Source: Methanotrichaceae archaeon
GTDB lineage: Archaea; Halobacteriota; Methanosarcinia; Methanotrichales; Methanotrichaceae
Length of the DNA stretch: 64,000 bases
Assembly: GCA_963748825.1 (NCBI GenBank)
Contig: CAVVKN010000012.1
Coordinates: 64,001 to 128,000, forward strand
Direction of reading: 5' to 3'
Shown: one piece after another, positions 34,497-44,734 of the stretch
Position numbering within the stretch: position 1 is the first letter of the stretch
How the letters are laid out: every line of letters begins with the position of its first letter
Translations under genes and position numbers: made by a program
Notes under the pieces: generated by a model
What the model saw: only the letters and a program-made list of their open reading frames with translations
The model's database searches: none
Told to the model about the DNA's origin: nothing

Positions 34497-35177
34497 ATGG
34501 CAGGCATAAAGAAGCCTTTTCGAATTTTGGGTCTGGCGGATCTGCATGATCGCATCGAGATGCTTGACAGCCTGAAGGATATTGATGCAGATCTCATTGT
34601 CTTTTGCGGAGACCTGCACAATGCCGGCAGCCGGGAGACGGCCTTGCCTGCCGCTTTTGCCCTGGCCAACCTGGGGCCGCCTGTGCTCATTGTTCCCGGA
34701 AATATGGACCACAGGGATGTCGTGCCCGATCTATGGGACGAAGCGGGCCTGCGAATGCTGCATCGCTCCTCCTTTTGCTTTGCAGACCTGGGCTTTCTGG
34801 GCATGGGCGGAATGGTAGCGAAAGATCCCCGGCGGCTGGGAGATCCTGCTCGCTACTATCATCAGGATGATGAGGTTTATGAGACTCTGGCCGCGGCTTA
34901 TCTGGATATAGCAGACGCAAGAATTAAGATAGTAATTGTGCATCAGCCGCCTCGGGGAGCGCAAGATACTCTTTACAATGGGGAAAGCTCGGGATCGGTC
35001 AGCCTTCGTCGCTTCGTGCAGGAGTATCAGCCCGACCTGTTGCTTTGCGGGCATATCCACGAGGCGCGGGGAATGTGTTTCGTCGGCTCCACCCGGATCG
35101 TCAATGTGGGAGAGCTGCGAAGGGGATTTGCAGCGCTCATCGAAATAGGTGAGGAGATAACCGTAAACTGGATCTAA
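34497..35177 (+). CDS. Calcineurin-like metallophosphoesterase
   Basis: DLH, GD, GN.D, H.PP and GHIHE motifs. Confidence 0.9.
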   Translation: MAGIKKPFRILGLADLHDRIEMLDSLKDIDADLIVFCGDLHNAGSRETALPAAFALANLGPPVLIVPGNMDHRDVVPDLWDEAGLRMLHRSSFCFADLGFLGMGGMVAKDPRRLGDPARYYHQDDEVYETLAAAYLDIADARIKIVIVHQPPRGAQDTLYNGESSGSVSLRRFVQEYQPDLLLCGHIHEARGMCFVGSTRIVNVGELRRGFAALIEIGEEITVNWI

Positions 35178-35278
35178 GAATGGACCTAAAAATGGCTCTT
35201 CGCCATTTCCAGTGGCTAACCCTCGGTTGCTATTGACTTTCGAGATGTAATTGAATCTCGGTGCGCTTCTAGCAACTT

Positions 35279-35560
35279 TGCGGTTTTATTCCGTAACCGG
35301 CGGGGTTTAATTATTCAGCTACGAATATTAACCGCAGAGACGCAGAGTTCGCAGAGACGTGCAATTTACCTTATTAACAAACACCTGGAAAGAATAGAAT
35401 ATTTGCTTCTGAGTAATAGTCGTCTCTGTGCGTTCGTCCTCCGTACGCTCTGCGACTCTGCGGTTCTATTCCGTAAACCACCAGGGTTTTATTATCAAGC
35501 TACGATTATTTACTTGCCACAAAGGTGCAGAGTTCACTGAGAACTCACAGAGGACTCAAG
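35279..35560. repeat. Intergenic MITE-like inverted repeats within ~50-bp direct repeats
   Basis: AACCGCAGAGACGCAGAG (35330-35347) vs CTCTGCGACTCTGCGGTT (35448-35465), 17/18 inverted. Direct repeats at 35279-35329 and 35459-35510. Confidence 0.7.
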
Positions 35561-35620
35561 CACCATTACCCACTCGATACAGCTAGGAGCTCCAAAAATG
35601 ATTGGCAGAAGGATGTTTGC

Positions 35621-36433
35621 ATGGATTTTCATCTGAAGGAAGAAATTGATCGCGGGATAAATGCCATGCAGGCTCTGATCAAGCTTGTGCCGGAGGGCGG
35701 GCTGAAAAACCTGGTTTTGGTCCGGGAGGAGATGGATGAACTGATCTCCCCCGAATTTGAGCCCTATTTCTCGGCAAATGCTGCGCTTCACCTGCTGGCC
35801 GTTTGCGAGAGATGCGGCCGGTGCTGCCTGGAGGAGGTGGGGATTGCCGTCTCCGTAGATGACTGCCGCAGGATAGCCCGGCACCAGGGGCTAAGCCTGA
35901 AGAAGTTCATGATGGACTACACAAGGCCTCATGAGCTGAAGGGCGAAATAGTAGGATCGGCCAGGATGCTCGGCAAAAAAGAGGGCGATCCCTGTCCATT
36001 TTTCGATTCCAGCCTGTCCGGTTGCCGCATCTATTCCGTCAAGCCGCAGGTGTGCACGGCCGCCCTTTACCTCTCCAAAATGAATCTGCTAACGTGTGAA
36101 GAGCAGCAAAAAATTGGAACATTTCCAATATGCTCCGCCGATGAAAAGCTGAGGGCCAGGATATCGGATTTTGCCCTGCAGCTCAATGATGATGCCGAGG
36201 CTAAGAGCGAGCTTGTGAGGCTCTTTGCTTCCACTCGGCCCGAGGTAGAACTATTTCGATTTCTCCTCCGCTTGAAGGGCATGGAGATCTACTTCGGGCC
36301 GGAAAGAGCGGCACTCCTGGCGCGCCGGTTGGGTCTCGCGAGAATGCCGGAGGACGAGGAGCTGAATGAAGCGGGTTTTCTGTATGCGGTCAGCTTGCTG
36401 GGCGAGAGGGAGAAATTGAGGGAGATCTCATAA
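35621..36433 (+). CDS. YkgJ-family Cys-cluster protein
   Basis: CERCGRCC, CPF.....GCRIY.VKP.VC. Confidence 0.8.
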   Translation: MDFHLKEEIDRGINAMQALIKLVPEGGLKNLVLVREEMDELISPEFEPYFSANAALHLLAVCERCGRCCLEEVGIAVSVDDCRRIARHQGLSLKKFMMDYTRPHELKGEIVGSARMLGKKEGDPCPFFDSSLSGCRIYSVKPQVCTAALYLSKMNLLTCEEQQKIGTFPICSADEKLRARISDFALQLNDDAEAKSELVRLFASTRPEVELFRFLLRLKGMEIYFGPERAALLARRLGLARMPEDEELNEAGFLYAVSLLGEREKLREIS

Positions 36434-36505
36434 GCGCTTAAGAGAAAGTGTGATAGTATCCCTCCTCAGGCAAAATCATAAGTGAAAAGCCAAAGACCCG
36501 TCCCA

Positions 36506-37631
36506 TCAGTACCTCAGCAGCGCCCCCACTCCTCCCATTGCCTCCAGGAATTCGTCGTCCTCCAACAATGCCACTTCTGCTCCCGTTCTTTCTGCCTGCT
36601 CGTAAAGTCTCTCCAGGCTCAGGGCCTGCATCTGCCCGCCGCAGGTAGGGCAGGTCTCGCCCTCCTGGTGGGCGAAGTGGCACTTTTTGCAGATCATCTG
36701 AGGAAGGGCAAAGCCGCTGGAGAGAAGCAGGTGATTGACTCGACCTTCCTCTAGAGCCCTGCCCACCTCGGCCAGGCCGTAGGCAGAGGGCTGCCCTTTG
36801 AGCACCGCCTCCTTCAGTCTCTCTGCCAGATTGAGCTGCACAGATCTTTCCTCTCTGGCCAACTGGCCGCCTAGCTTCACCAGATCTCCGCCAGGTGTCT
36901 GCATGGAGATGTCAACGACGCCCAGGAGCCTGTCCTTCCAATCAATGGGCAGCATCTCTACAAGCTGGCCCTTGGCCTCACCGGGACCCGCCACCACTAA
37001 TCCTTTGATCTCTCCAAGATCAAGCCGGCCTTGCAGATCCTCCACTACTGCAGTGAGGAAGGACTTTATTGCACCGCTACGAAGGCGGTTGTAGCGCATC
37101 TGGCTCCAGCCGCCCTTTTTGTGCTTGTTCATGAGATCTATCGATAACTTTTTCTTCTCCTCCAGGATGTCGGAGCGGATCACAAATAGCCTGGCCTCCT
37201 GAGAGTCGAGCAGCAGCAGGGCATAATCCTGGTAATCGTCCTTGAGCCTGGCCAGGGGCAGGAGGAAGGGAGAGCTGTCCAGCACCACCATGGGCTCCAG
37301 CGATACGCCTAGCCTGAAGACTTGCAGAAAATCCCTGGCAGCGGAGGCGAAGATCACCCGGCCCTTCTCGCCTTTTATGACTTCAGCCGCGAGGAGGGGC
37401 TCGATCATCTGATTTGGTTTTCAGAAAGGCTTCCTGGAGATCTTTGGGCAGGGCGCTCTTCATGGCTTTCAGCTTGGACTGCACAAGGAGATTATCATCT
37501 CTGTTGATTGTAGTAAGATAAATGGAAAGAAAGGCATCCTGCTCGTCTTTTGTTTCGGCCAGGGCCCGCAGATCGATATCCGAGATGGGTGTAAGGAGAT
37601 GTAAGTCATTTGCTTTTTCGAGGGACTGCAT
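36506..37631 (-). CDS. Release-factor-like protein (baeRF/Vms1-like, eRF1 domains 2-3); split by a 1-nt frameshift near 37414
   Basis: KHKKGGWSQ.RY.R, CxxC...CxxC ribbon, GGVGALLRY end. The N-terminal ORF (AFLSIYL) joins in frame if one A is removed. Confidence 0.8.
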
Positions 37632-37731
37632 AAGAATTATCATGCTCTTGTCGCAGAAATAACTATCTAATCTACACAAGGTTTATTTGCCATCAGGCGA
37701 AGCACACGTTCATCAGATTATGAGGAATGCT

Positions 37732-38238
37732 ATGCGACTTTCCATGGATTTAGAGCTGCAGGACATACCAGGTCAGCTTCTCCTGGCTTTGCAGCCCTTC
37801 AGGGATAATAAGGCCAACATCATCAGCGTGGTTCATCACAGGGATAGAAAGACACCCCGCGGCATGATCCCGGTTCGCTTCGTAGTGGAGATGGACCGGA
37901 CCAAGATCGAGACCGTCAACGCCAAGCTCAAGGAGTGCGGCATCTCCGTGGTGCGAGCGGGCGAGGACCGTCTCATCGAGGCCGTCTCCGTTGTGCTTGT
38001 AGGCCATGTGCTGCACAGCGATCTGGGAGATACCGTAAACCGCATCGACTCCACCGGCTTTGCCGAGGTCATGGACGTTTCTCTGACCATGACTGGTGTG
38101 GACGAGCCGTCTTCCGCCTATCTCAAGATCCGCGCCACCGGCAAGGCCGAGATCCAGAAGGCATTGGCCATCTTACGCGAAGTGGGCGCCGAGAAAAAGC
38201 TGCTTGTGATTGAGCCGATAGAAACAGAGGCGATCTGA
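37732..38238 (+). CDS. ACT-domain allosteric regulator partner of homoserine dehydrogenase
   Basis: DLEL.D.PGQL...L.P....ANIISVVH; directly upstream of hom. Confidence 0.85.
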   Translation: MRLSMDLELQDIPGQLLLALQPFRDNKANIISVVHHRDRKTPRGMIPVRFVVEMDRTKIETVNAKLKECGISVVRAGEDRLIEAVSVVLVGHVLHSDLGDTVNRIDSTGFAEVMDVSLTMTGVDEPSSAYLKIRATGKAEIQKALAILREVGAEKKLLVIEPIETEAI

Positions 38239-38240
38239 AT

Positions 38241-39248
38241 ATGAGAGACATCAAGGTTTCCCTGGTGGGCTACGGCATCGTCGGCCACGGCGTGGTCGAT
38301 GTCCTCAGTCGCAAGAAGAAGATGCTTCGGGATATGGGCCTGAACATTAAGCTGATCAGCGTCACCGATCACACCGGTACTGTGATGGCGGAAGACGGCG
38401 TGGACGCGGAGAAGATTTTGGGCGAGAGGACGCTGGCCAATGTGGCCACTACCAGCATGAAAGGCAAAGAGGCCATATCCGCCATCGACTCCGACCTGGT
38501 GGTCGAGGTCACTCCCACTAACATCGTACACGGCCAACCCGGCCTGGGTCACATGGAAGCGGCTCTCTCCAGCGGCAAGCATGTCGTGACCTCCAACAAA
38601 GGCCCGCTGGTGGTCTCCTACAGCCGCCTGAAAAAGCTGGCCGAGGAGAACGGCGTGATGATGAAGTTCGAGGCCACCGTGGGCGGCACCATGCCACTCA
38701 TCAGCCTGGTGGAACGCACGCTGGTGGGTAACACCATCTTCGGCATCCGCGGCATATTCAACGGCACCTGCAACTACATCCTCACCCGCATGACCGAGGA
38801 GGGCATACCCTACACCCATGCTCTGAGCGAGGCCCAGGACATGGGGATCGCCGAGGCCGATCCTAGCTACGATGTAGAGGGCGTGGACACTGCCGGAAAG
38901 GTGGTCATCCTGGCCAATTCGCTCTTCAACATGAACATCAAGTACAGCGATGTTGATGTTACAGGCATCACCGGCGTCACTCCCGAGGCCCTGGCCCTGG
39001 CCAAGAAGCGCGGTTATGCCATCAAGCTCATCGGTGATGTGCCTGCTCTCACGGTACGGCCCACTCTGGTACCTATGGGCAGCCCCATAGCTGTGTCGGG
39101 AACCCTGAACTCGGCGGCTATTTACACCGATCTATCGGGAACCATAACCGTAACCGGCCTAGGTGCCGGCTCCATCGAGACCGCTTCCGCCATTCTGACG
39201 GACATCGTCAGCATCTACAGGACAAAACGCATCGATGCCATATTCTAA
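38241..39248 (+). CDS. hom: Homoserine dehydrogenase
   Basis: GYG.VG, HVVTSNKGP, FEATVGG, GIFNGTCNYIL, EADPSYDVEG.D. Confidence 0.96.
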   Translation: MRDIKVSLVGYGIVGHGVVDVLSRKKKMLRDMGLNIKLISVTDHTGTVMAEDGVDAEKILGERTLANVATTSMKGKEAISAIDSDLVVEVTPTNIVHGQPGLGHMEAALSSGKHVVTSNKGPLVVSYSRLKKLAEENGVMMKFEATVGGTMPLISLVERTLVGNTIFGIRGIFNGTCNYILTRMTEEGIPYTHALSEAQDMGIAEADPSYDVEGVDTAGKVVILANSLFNMNIKYSDVDVTGITGVTPEALALAKKRGYAIKLIGDVPALTVRPTLVPMGSPIAVSGTLNSAAIYTDLSGTITVTGLGAGSIETASAILTDIVSIYRTKRIDAIF

Positions 39249-40928
39249 ATGACGAGCTTTCTTGCCTTCGCAAATCTCTGCCAGAAGGTAGAGGCAGTAT
39301 CCGGCTCCCTGGAGAAGATCGACCTAGTCGCAGCATTCCTGGCAGGCCTGGACGAGACAGAACTCTCCATGGCCTGCAGCTATGTCATGGGCACGCTTTT
39401 CCCTCCCAGCCTCGATCTGGTTATGGGCGTGGGGCCGAGCATCCTCTACGAGGCCCTGGCGAAAGCCTGCGGCTGCTCGGCCGAGCAGATCTCGGACATG
39501 CTGCGTGCCACCGGTGATCCGGGCCTGGTTGCCGCCGGCATTGTGGAGAAGAGAAGGCCAATTGGCTTTGCCGCCTTCCAAGAAGCGGAGCCGCTTTCTA
39601 TCGCAGACGTTTATGAGAGATTTGTGGCAATAGCTCGCGCTTCCGGCAAGAGAAGCCAGGATGCTAAAGTCAAAAACCTGCAATTTCTATTCAGCCAGGC
39701 CGGCTCTTTGGAGGCCCGGTATATTGCCCGTCTGGCCATTGAGGACATGAGGATCGGCGTAGGTGAAGGGGGCGTGCGGGATGCTGTTGCCCGGGCCTTT
39801 TCCAAAAGCGGGGCAGATGCAGAGAGCGTGGAGCGGGCCTATAACCTCACCAACGATATGGGCCTGGTAGCAGTTGCCGCCAGGCGCGGCACTCTCTCGC
39901 AATTGAGCGTCATGATCAATCACCCCATCAAGATGATGCTGGCTTCGCTTGGCGAGAGCATTGCAGCGGCTTTGGGGGAAATTGGTACTGCAGCTATTGA
40001 GTGGAAGTATGACGGCGCTCGCGTGCAGATCCATAAGGAAGGGGACAGCATTGCCATCTTCTCCCGCCGCATGGAGAATGTAACGGCATCTTTGCCTGAG
40101 ATCGTCCTGGCAGCCAGGCAGATAACTGCGAAGAGCGCCATACTGGATGGTGAAGCAGTGGCCATTGGCAAAGACGGCCGGCCCATGGCCTTCCAGGAGA
40201 TTTTGAAACGTTTTCGCAGGAAATACAATGTAGAAAAGCTTGCTGCTCAGATTCCCCTGCGCCTCTTCCTGTTCGATTTGATCTATCTGGATGGCAAAAG
40301 CGTGACGCATCTGCCCCTAAGTGAAAGAAGAGCACTCCTGGAGAAGATTGCCAATCCCACTCTTCTTGCCGATCAGGTACTGTCCGGTAGTGTCGAGGCA
40401 GCAGAGGAGATCTACCGTCAGGCTCTGGCAGCCGGCCATGAAGGGCTTATTTTAAAGAATCCCAACTCAGTATACGCTCCGGGAAAGAGAGGCAAGAACT
40501 GGCTGAAGATCAAGCCGGTTATGGAGACTTTAGACCTGGTGGTGATAGGCGCAAAGTGGGGCGAGGGCCGCAGAGCGAGCTTCCTTGGCTCCTACCGGCT
40601 GGGATGCCTGGACACTGCCACCGGCAATATTTTAGATATGGGCTTTGTGGCCACCGGGCTTACGGATGAGGCTCTGGCGGAACTCACGGATATGTTCCGG
40701 GAACTGATTCTGCTGGAGAAGGGCATGGAGGTGGAGATCAAGCCGGCGGTGATCTTCGAGGTGGCCTACGAGGAGATACAAAAGAGTCCCAACTACTCCT
40801 CCGGATATGCCCTCCGTTTTCCCCGGATGGTCGCCGTAAGGGACGACAAATCTTTGGAGGAGGCGGACAGCCTGGAGCGCGTCGTCTCCCTTTATAAAGG
40901 ACAGAGGGGCAGGCGCAATTCCGTTTGA
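39249..40928 (+). CDS. lig: ATP-dependent DNA ligase
   Basis: EWKYDGAR, LDGE, FD, EGL..K, W.KIK, LRFPR. Confidence 0.96.
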   Translation: MTSFLAFANLCQKVEAVSGSLEKIDLVAAFLAGLDETELSMACSYVMGTLFPPSLDLVMGVGPSILYEALAKACGCSAEQISDMLRATGDPGLVAAGIVEKRRPIGFAAFQEAEPLSIADVYERFVAIARASGKRSQDAKVKNLQFLFSQAGSLEARYIARLAIEDMRIGVGEGGVRDAVARAFSKSGADAESVERAYNLTNDMGLVAVAARRGTLSQLSVMINHPIKMMLASLGESIAAALGEIGTAAIEWKYDGARVQIHKEGDSIAIFSRRMENVTASLPEIVLAARQITAKSAILDGEAVAIGKDGRPMAFQEILKRFRRKYNVEKLAAQIPLRLFLFDLIYLDGKSVTHLPLSERRALLEKIANPTLLADQVLSGSVEAAEEIYRQALAAGHEGLILKNPNSVYAPGKRGKNWLKIKPVMETLDLVVIGAKWGEGRRASFLGSYRLGCLDTATGNILDMGFVATGLTDEALAELTDMFRELILLEKGMEVEIKPAVIFEVAYEEIQKSPNYSSGYALRFPRMVAVRDDKSLEEADSLERVVSLYKGQRGRRNSV

Positions 40929-40952
40929 ATGTGAATCTTGGAGGCAACTACG

Positions 40953-42239
40953 ATGATTACAAAGATGCTAAGTGAGCTGAAGGATGAAGATCTGCAAGCC
41001 CTTCTCTCCCGAGATGTGGGCATTTCCGATGTGCTTTCCGCAGTTAATGAGATTGTCATGGAAGTGGGAAGCAAAGGGGATGAGGCGCTCTTCAAGTACG
41101 CTGAGAAGTTTGAGGGGGCGCGTCTCGATGACCTGAGAGTAAGCGAAGAAGAGATTGATGCGGCTTACGATCTGGTGGAGGAAAGGCTCATGCAAGCCTT
41201 ATCCGATGCGGCATATAACATCCGCCAATTCCATAACATGCAGAAGGAGCGCGAATTGTGGATGACTGAGGTTGCTCCCGGTGTCTCCGTGGGCCAGAAG
41301 ATCGCACCCCTTGACTCTGTGGGCGCCTATGTGCCCGGCGGGCGGGCCTCCTATCCAAGCTCTGCTTTGATGAATGTTATTCCCGCCAAAGTGGCCGGTG
41401 TTTCCCGGATAGTAGTATGCACTCCACCCAAAGCGGATGGGTCCATAACTCCTCTCACCCTGGTTGCTGCCGATATGGCCGGTGCCGATGAGATTTACAA
41501 GGTTGGAGGAGCCCAGGCCATAGCTGCTATGGGACTAGGCACCGAGAGCATAGAGCAGGTGCAGAAGATCGTGGGGCCGGGCAATGTGTACGTCACTGCT
41601 GCCAAGATGCTCATGAGAGGCAGCGTGGAGATCGACTTTCCGGCGGGCCCGAGCGAAGTTCTCATCCTGGCCGATCGGACCGCCGATCCGGGAGTTATCG
41701 CCGCAGACATGATCGCCCAGGGGGAGCATGATCCCAGGTCCATTTCTGTGCTGGTATCTCTGGATGATCTTTTGGCCTGCGCCGTGATCGAGGAGTTGAG
41801 TATTCAGGCGGCTGGCGCAGCGCGTCGTGAGATAGTGGAGCAGAGTTTGGAGCACAGCGCAGTTCTCGTGGCGGGCGACATGGACGAGGCTCTGGACTTT
41901 TGCAATGCCTTCGCGCCCGAACATTTGGAGATAATCACCAAGGACCCCATGGCCGTCTTGAGGTACATAAAGAACGCAGGCAGCGTGTTTTTGGGGAAGT
42001 TCACACCGGTAGCGGCAGGCGACTATGCCAGCGGCACCAATCACGTACTTCCCACCTCCGGCTACGCTCGGGTCTTCTCGGGACTCAATGTGGACCACTT
42101 CACCAAGAAGATCAGTGTGCAGATGATCACCGATGACGGGCTCCTGGGCCTGGAGGATACTATTACCACTCTGGCCGAGGCGGAAGGCCTGAAGGCACAC
42201 GCGGAATCGGTGAGAAGAAGGCTGGAGCCGAAGGTTTGA
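40953..42239 (+). CDS. hisD: Histidinol dehydrogenase
   Basis: YVPGG.ASYPSS, GPGN.YV, AGPSE, APEHL, GDYASG.NHVLPT. Confidence 0.97.
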   Translation: MITKMLSELKDEDLQALLSRDVGISDVLSAVNEIVMEVGSKGDEALFKYAEKFEGARLDDLRVSEEEIDAAYDLVEERLMQALSDAAYNIRQFHNMQKERELWMTEVAPGVSVGQKIAPLDSVGAYVPGGRASYPSSALMNVIPAKVAGVSRIVVCTPPKADGSITPLTLVAADMAGADEIYKVGGAQAIAAMGLGTESIEQVQKIVGPGNVYVTAAKMLMRGSVEIDFPAGPSEVLILADRTADPGVIAADMIAQGEHDPRSISVLVSLDDLLACAVIEELSIQAAGAARREIVEQSLEHSAVLVAGDMDEALDFCNAFAPEHLEIITKDPMAVLRYIKNAGSVFLGKFTPVAAGDYASGTNHVLPTSGYARVFSGLNVDHFTKKISVQMITDDGLLGLEDTITTLAEAEGLKAHAESVRRRLEPKV

Positions 42240-42352
42240 AGACTTGACAGAAGCTAATGTGACGGTAAAAAGAACAACGTTTCTATCTCGTTGAGGGTGG
42301 GGAGGAAGCCACATCCGGCAAATTCCAGAATAGAATAGAATAGGAGAATCGC

Positions 42353-43324
42353 ATGAGATCGTTTTCGCCTCGCACGGCCGCCCGGGCTCTCTGGCAGATG
42401 AGGATCCGGGGGAGGCCCTTTGTGCTCTCCCACGGCATAAATGCTCGCTGCAACCTGAGCTGTCGTTTTTGCGAGTACTGGAGGCACCCAGGCCGGGAGA
42501 TGAGCACGCCGGAGATCCTGCACATGCTGGATGAGGCGCAGGATTTCGGCATAGGCGTTTACAATGCCTGGACAGTCGAGCCGCTGCTGCGAGAGGATCT
42601 GCCTGAAATACTGCGGCACGCCAAGTCCCTGGGGCTTACAACCTCGCTCATCACCAACGGCCTGCTCCTGCGCCAGAGGGCGAAGGAGCTTCCCGATCTG
42701 GACCTTCTCTCCGTCTCCGTGGACGGCATCAAGAGTTACAAAGAGCTGCGGGGCATCGATCTGCAGTCCGTCCTGGAAGGCATCCGGGCGGCGCAGCAGG
42801 CAGGCCATGAGATTCTGATGAACTGTGTCATTTCCGGCAAAAATGTGGGCGAGCTGGAGGATCTGGTGCACCTGGCCCAGTCGCTGGGGTGCTGGATATC
42901 TTTTGAGCCCATGCACGAGTCCTTCGGCATCGAGGAGAAGGTGTGGGGCTCTTTGAGGATACAGGATATTCCAGCATACGAGGAAGCGCTAGAGCGGCTG
43001 ATAGAGCTGAAGAGAAGCGGGGCGCCTATCATCAACTCCGTGACCTACCTGAAGATGATAAGGGACCTGGAGCCCAGATTCAATTGCCATGCAAGCGACA
43101 TCATTTTGCATGTGGCATCGGACGGCACTATCGAGAACTGCCGCGTGCACCGCGAGCCGCTGGGCAATGTCTCCGAGGGACTGGCAAAGGTGTGGCAGTC
43201 GTCGCAAGATAGGCGAAAGGAGATCGTCCAGGGGTGCGAAGGGTGCCTGTTCTTCGGGTATGTGGAAAACAGCCTGCTCTACGAGTTTGTGCCCGAGGTT
43301 ATGAGGCACTACGAGTGGATGTGA
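42353..43324 (+). CDS. Radical SAM/SPASM protein
   Basis: CNLSCRFC motif; C-terminal C...DG....C...CEGC. Confidence 0.9.
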   Translation: MRSFSPRTAARALWQMRIRGRPFVLSHGINARCNLSCRFCEYWRHPGREMSTPEILHMLDEAQDFGIGVYNAWTVEPLLREDLPEILRHAKSLGLTTSLITNGLLLRQRAKELPDLDLLSVSVDGIKSYKELRGIDLQSVLEGIRAAQQAGHEILMNCVISGKNVGELEDLVHLAQSLGCWISFEPMHESFGIEEKVWGSLRIQDIPAYEEALERLIELKRSGAPIINSVTYLKMIRDLEPRFNCHASDIILHVASDGTIENCRVHREPLGNVSEGLAKVWQSSQDRRKEIVQGCEGCLFFGYVENSLLYEFVPEVMRHYEWM

Positions 43325-43354
43325 TGCAAAAGCGCCTCGGTGGATTGCAAAAGG

Positions 43355-43906
43355 TTATAGGATTCCTATTTTACTCTTGATCATTCGTATATCATTCTCT
43401 ATCCGGGCCTGCCACTCGATATTATTATGGACAGCCAGGTCATCCCGCAGGCCCCTTATTTCATCGATCGTCTCCTTTTGTCCTTCCAGCAATGTCCTTT
43501 GCCCATCTACCAGAGATTTCGCATTCTCTCTCGTGCCTTTCATATCGCCTTTTAGTTCCTTCAGATCATCTCTTATATCGATGAGAACGGGAATTGCTTT
43601 GTCAAGCTGAATCGTTGTACAAAACTGGGCATATTCGCCCACCCTCATGACATCTCCTTCGTAAGTACCTACTACAATCCTGGATACAGCGGCCCGGTTC
43701 GGTCTTTTTTCCTGTGCCAGCTTCCTGAAGGCATTGACTTCTTTCTCGCCGCCATCGACCAAGACCATTACTTGTTGTTCCTGCTCGTCCTCGACGTTAT
43801 GGGCCTCAAACATCTTGATGCGACTTGCCATTGCTTTGTTCATCAGAAAGTACCTATAGCCTACGTCGTGGACTTTGGGGCCGGAGATGGTAATTTGGAG
43901 CTTCAT
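43355..43906 (-). CDS. Acylphosphatase-domain protein with C-terminal coiled coil
   Basis: I.ISGPKVHDVGYR; heptad-rich tail. Confidence 0.8.
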   Translation of the reverse strand: MKLQITISGPKVHDVGYRYFLMNKAMASRIKMFEAHNVEDEQEQQVMVLVDGGEKEVNAFRKLAQEKRPNRAAVSRIVVGTYEGDVMRVGEYAQFCTTIQLDKAIPVLIDIRDDLKELKGDMKGTRENAKSLVDGQRTLLEGQKETIDEIRGLRDDLAVHNNIEWQARIENDIRMIKSKIGIL

Positions 43907-43958
43907 AATTAATCTATTATGTGCACTTGGACCTAGAAAAGCATTTTGGATAACGAGT

Positions 43959-44050
43959 ATGCCTGCGATATCATTTTGCTTGTGGCACCAAAAGGCAGCA
44001 TGGAAAACTGCCGGGTCCACATAACCAGCCGCTGGGCTATTGTCTCAGGG
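43959..44050 (+). pseudogene. Decayed copy of a ~92-bp piece of the radical SAM gene (43089-43180)
   Basis: atgcctgcgatatcattttgcttgtggc...aactgccgggtccac...agccgctgggctattgtctc aligns with atgcaagcgacatcattttgcatgtggc...aactgccgcgtgcac...agccgctgggcaatgtctc. Confidence 0.75.
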
Positions 44051-44106
44051 TGAAAGGAAGGCGCCTCGCTGATTTGCATGGCAATCGATTACGTCCCTGG
44101 GATCGG

Positions 44107-44143
44107 GTTGCAATTCTTGTTTTTTTGGAACTGGAAAAAATAT
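44107..44143 (-). repeat. Outlying degenerate CRISPR repeat
   Basis: GTTGCAATTCTTGTTTTTTTGGAACTGG matches the consensus at 24 of the first 28 positions; the last 9 nt have diverged. Confidence 0.75.
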
Positions 44144-44260
44144 CTATTTTATCGGCTTTTCTCCTCTTGCTTGCGCTTTTTGCCTTCGAGCCTCTTGTTT
44201 CTCTTTCTTTTTGTTCACCGTCGCCGTGCTCGGTGCATCCTTTTTAAATAAGTTGATCAT
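44144..44260 (-). CDS. 38-aa basic ORF inside the oversized spacer
   Basis: MINLFKKDAPSTATVNKKKEKQEARRQKAQARGEKPIK; ATGA overlap with the upstream ORF stop. Confidence 0.35.
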   Translation of the reverse strand: MINLFKKDAPSTATVNKKKEKQEARRQKAQARGEKPIK

Positions 44261-44589
44261 GATTGCTCCCTCGCATACCTCACGATTAATGTGATATCAT
44301 AGGATCTGCTCATATTAATTTGTTCGCATACGAAAAAATGCTTAACGCTGTCTAGAAAAGCATCTAACTCCTTGGTTCCGGCAACTCGCGTTCCCTGACA
44401 TCGTTTGTACTGCACCCAGGCTATATCTGCACCCTCCGGGAGGGCTCTGGTTTTCTTCTTTGTTTCTTCTCCCGCAGATGTAATAGTTTCCTTCACCGTG
44501 CCAGCCATTGGAGAGATAGGTGGTGAGCTTCGGATAACTGGATTGGCGATAGTCTGAACGGCGGCGGGCTGTTCATTGTCGCGTTTCAA
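44257..44589 (-). CDS. Hypothetical ORF or gene fragment inside the oversized spacer
   Basis: 110 open codons beginning in the degenerate repeat; no recognised family. Confidence 0.4.
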   Translation of the reverse strand: MKRDNEQPAAVQTIANPVIRSSPPISPMAGTVKETITSAGEETKKKTRALPEGADIAWVQYKRCQGTRVAGTKELDAFLDSVKHFFVCEQINMSRSYDITLIVRYAREQS

Positions 44590-44734
44590 AACTTGTTCTT
44601 CATGGAAATGGCCATTGTACGTGGCCGACCAGGCGTTCCCGGTCGTACCTGTGGAGTTTCAATCCTTGTTTTCATGGAACTCGCCCTCGGACTCTGGTTC
44701 ATCCTGGGCAATGCCCTTGCAGCCTTGGGGTTTC

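Noticed and set aside
44000-44008. ATGGAAAAC resembling the IS subterminal inverted repeat
   Set aside because: It lies within the decayed radical SAM duplicate and has no partner end.
44056-44071. Possible further repeat relic (GGAAGGCGCCTCG) one spacer length before 44107
   Set aside because: Too short and gapped, and it abuts the radical SAM duplicate; cannot be supported.
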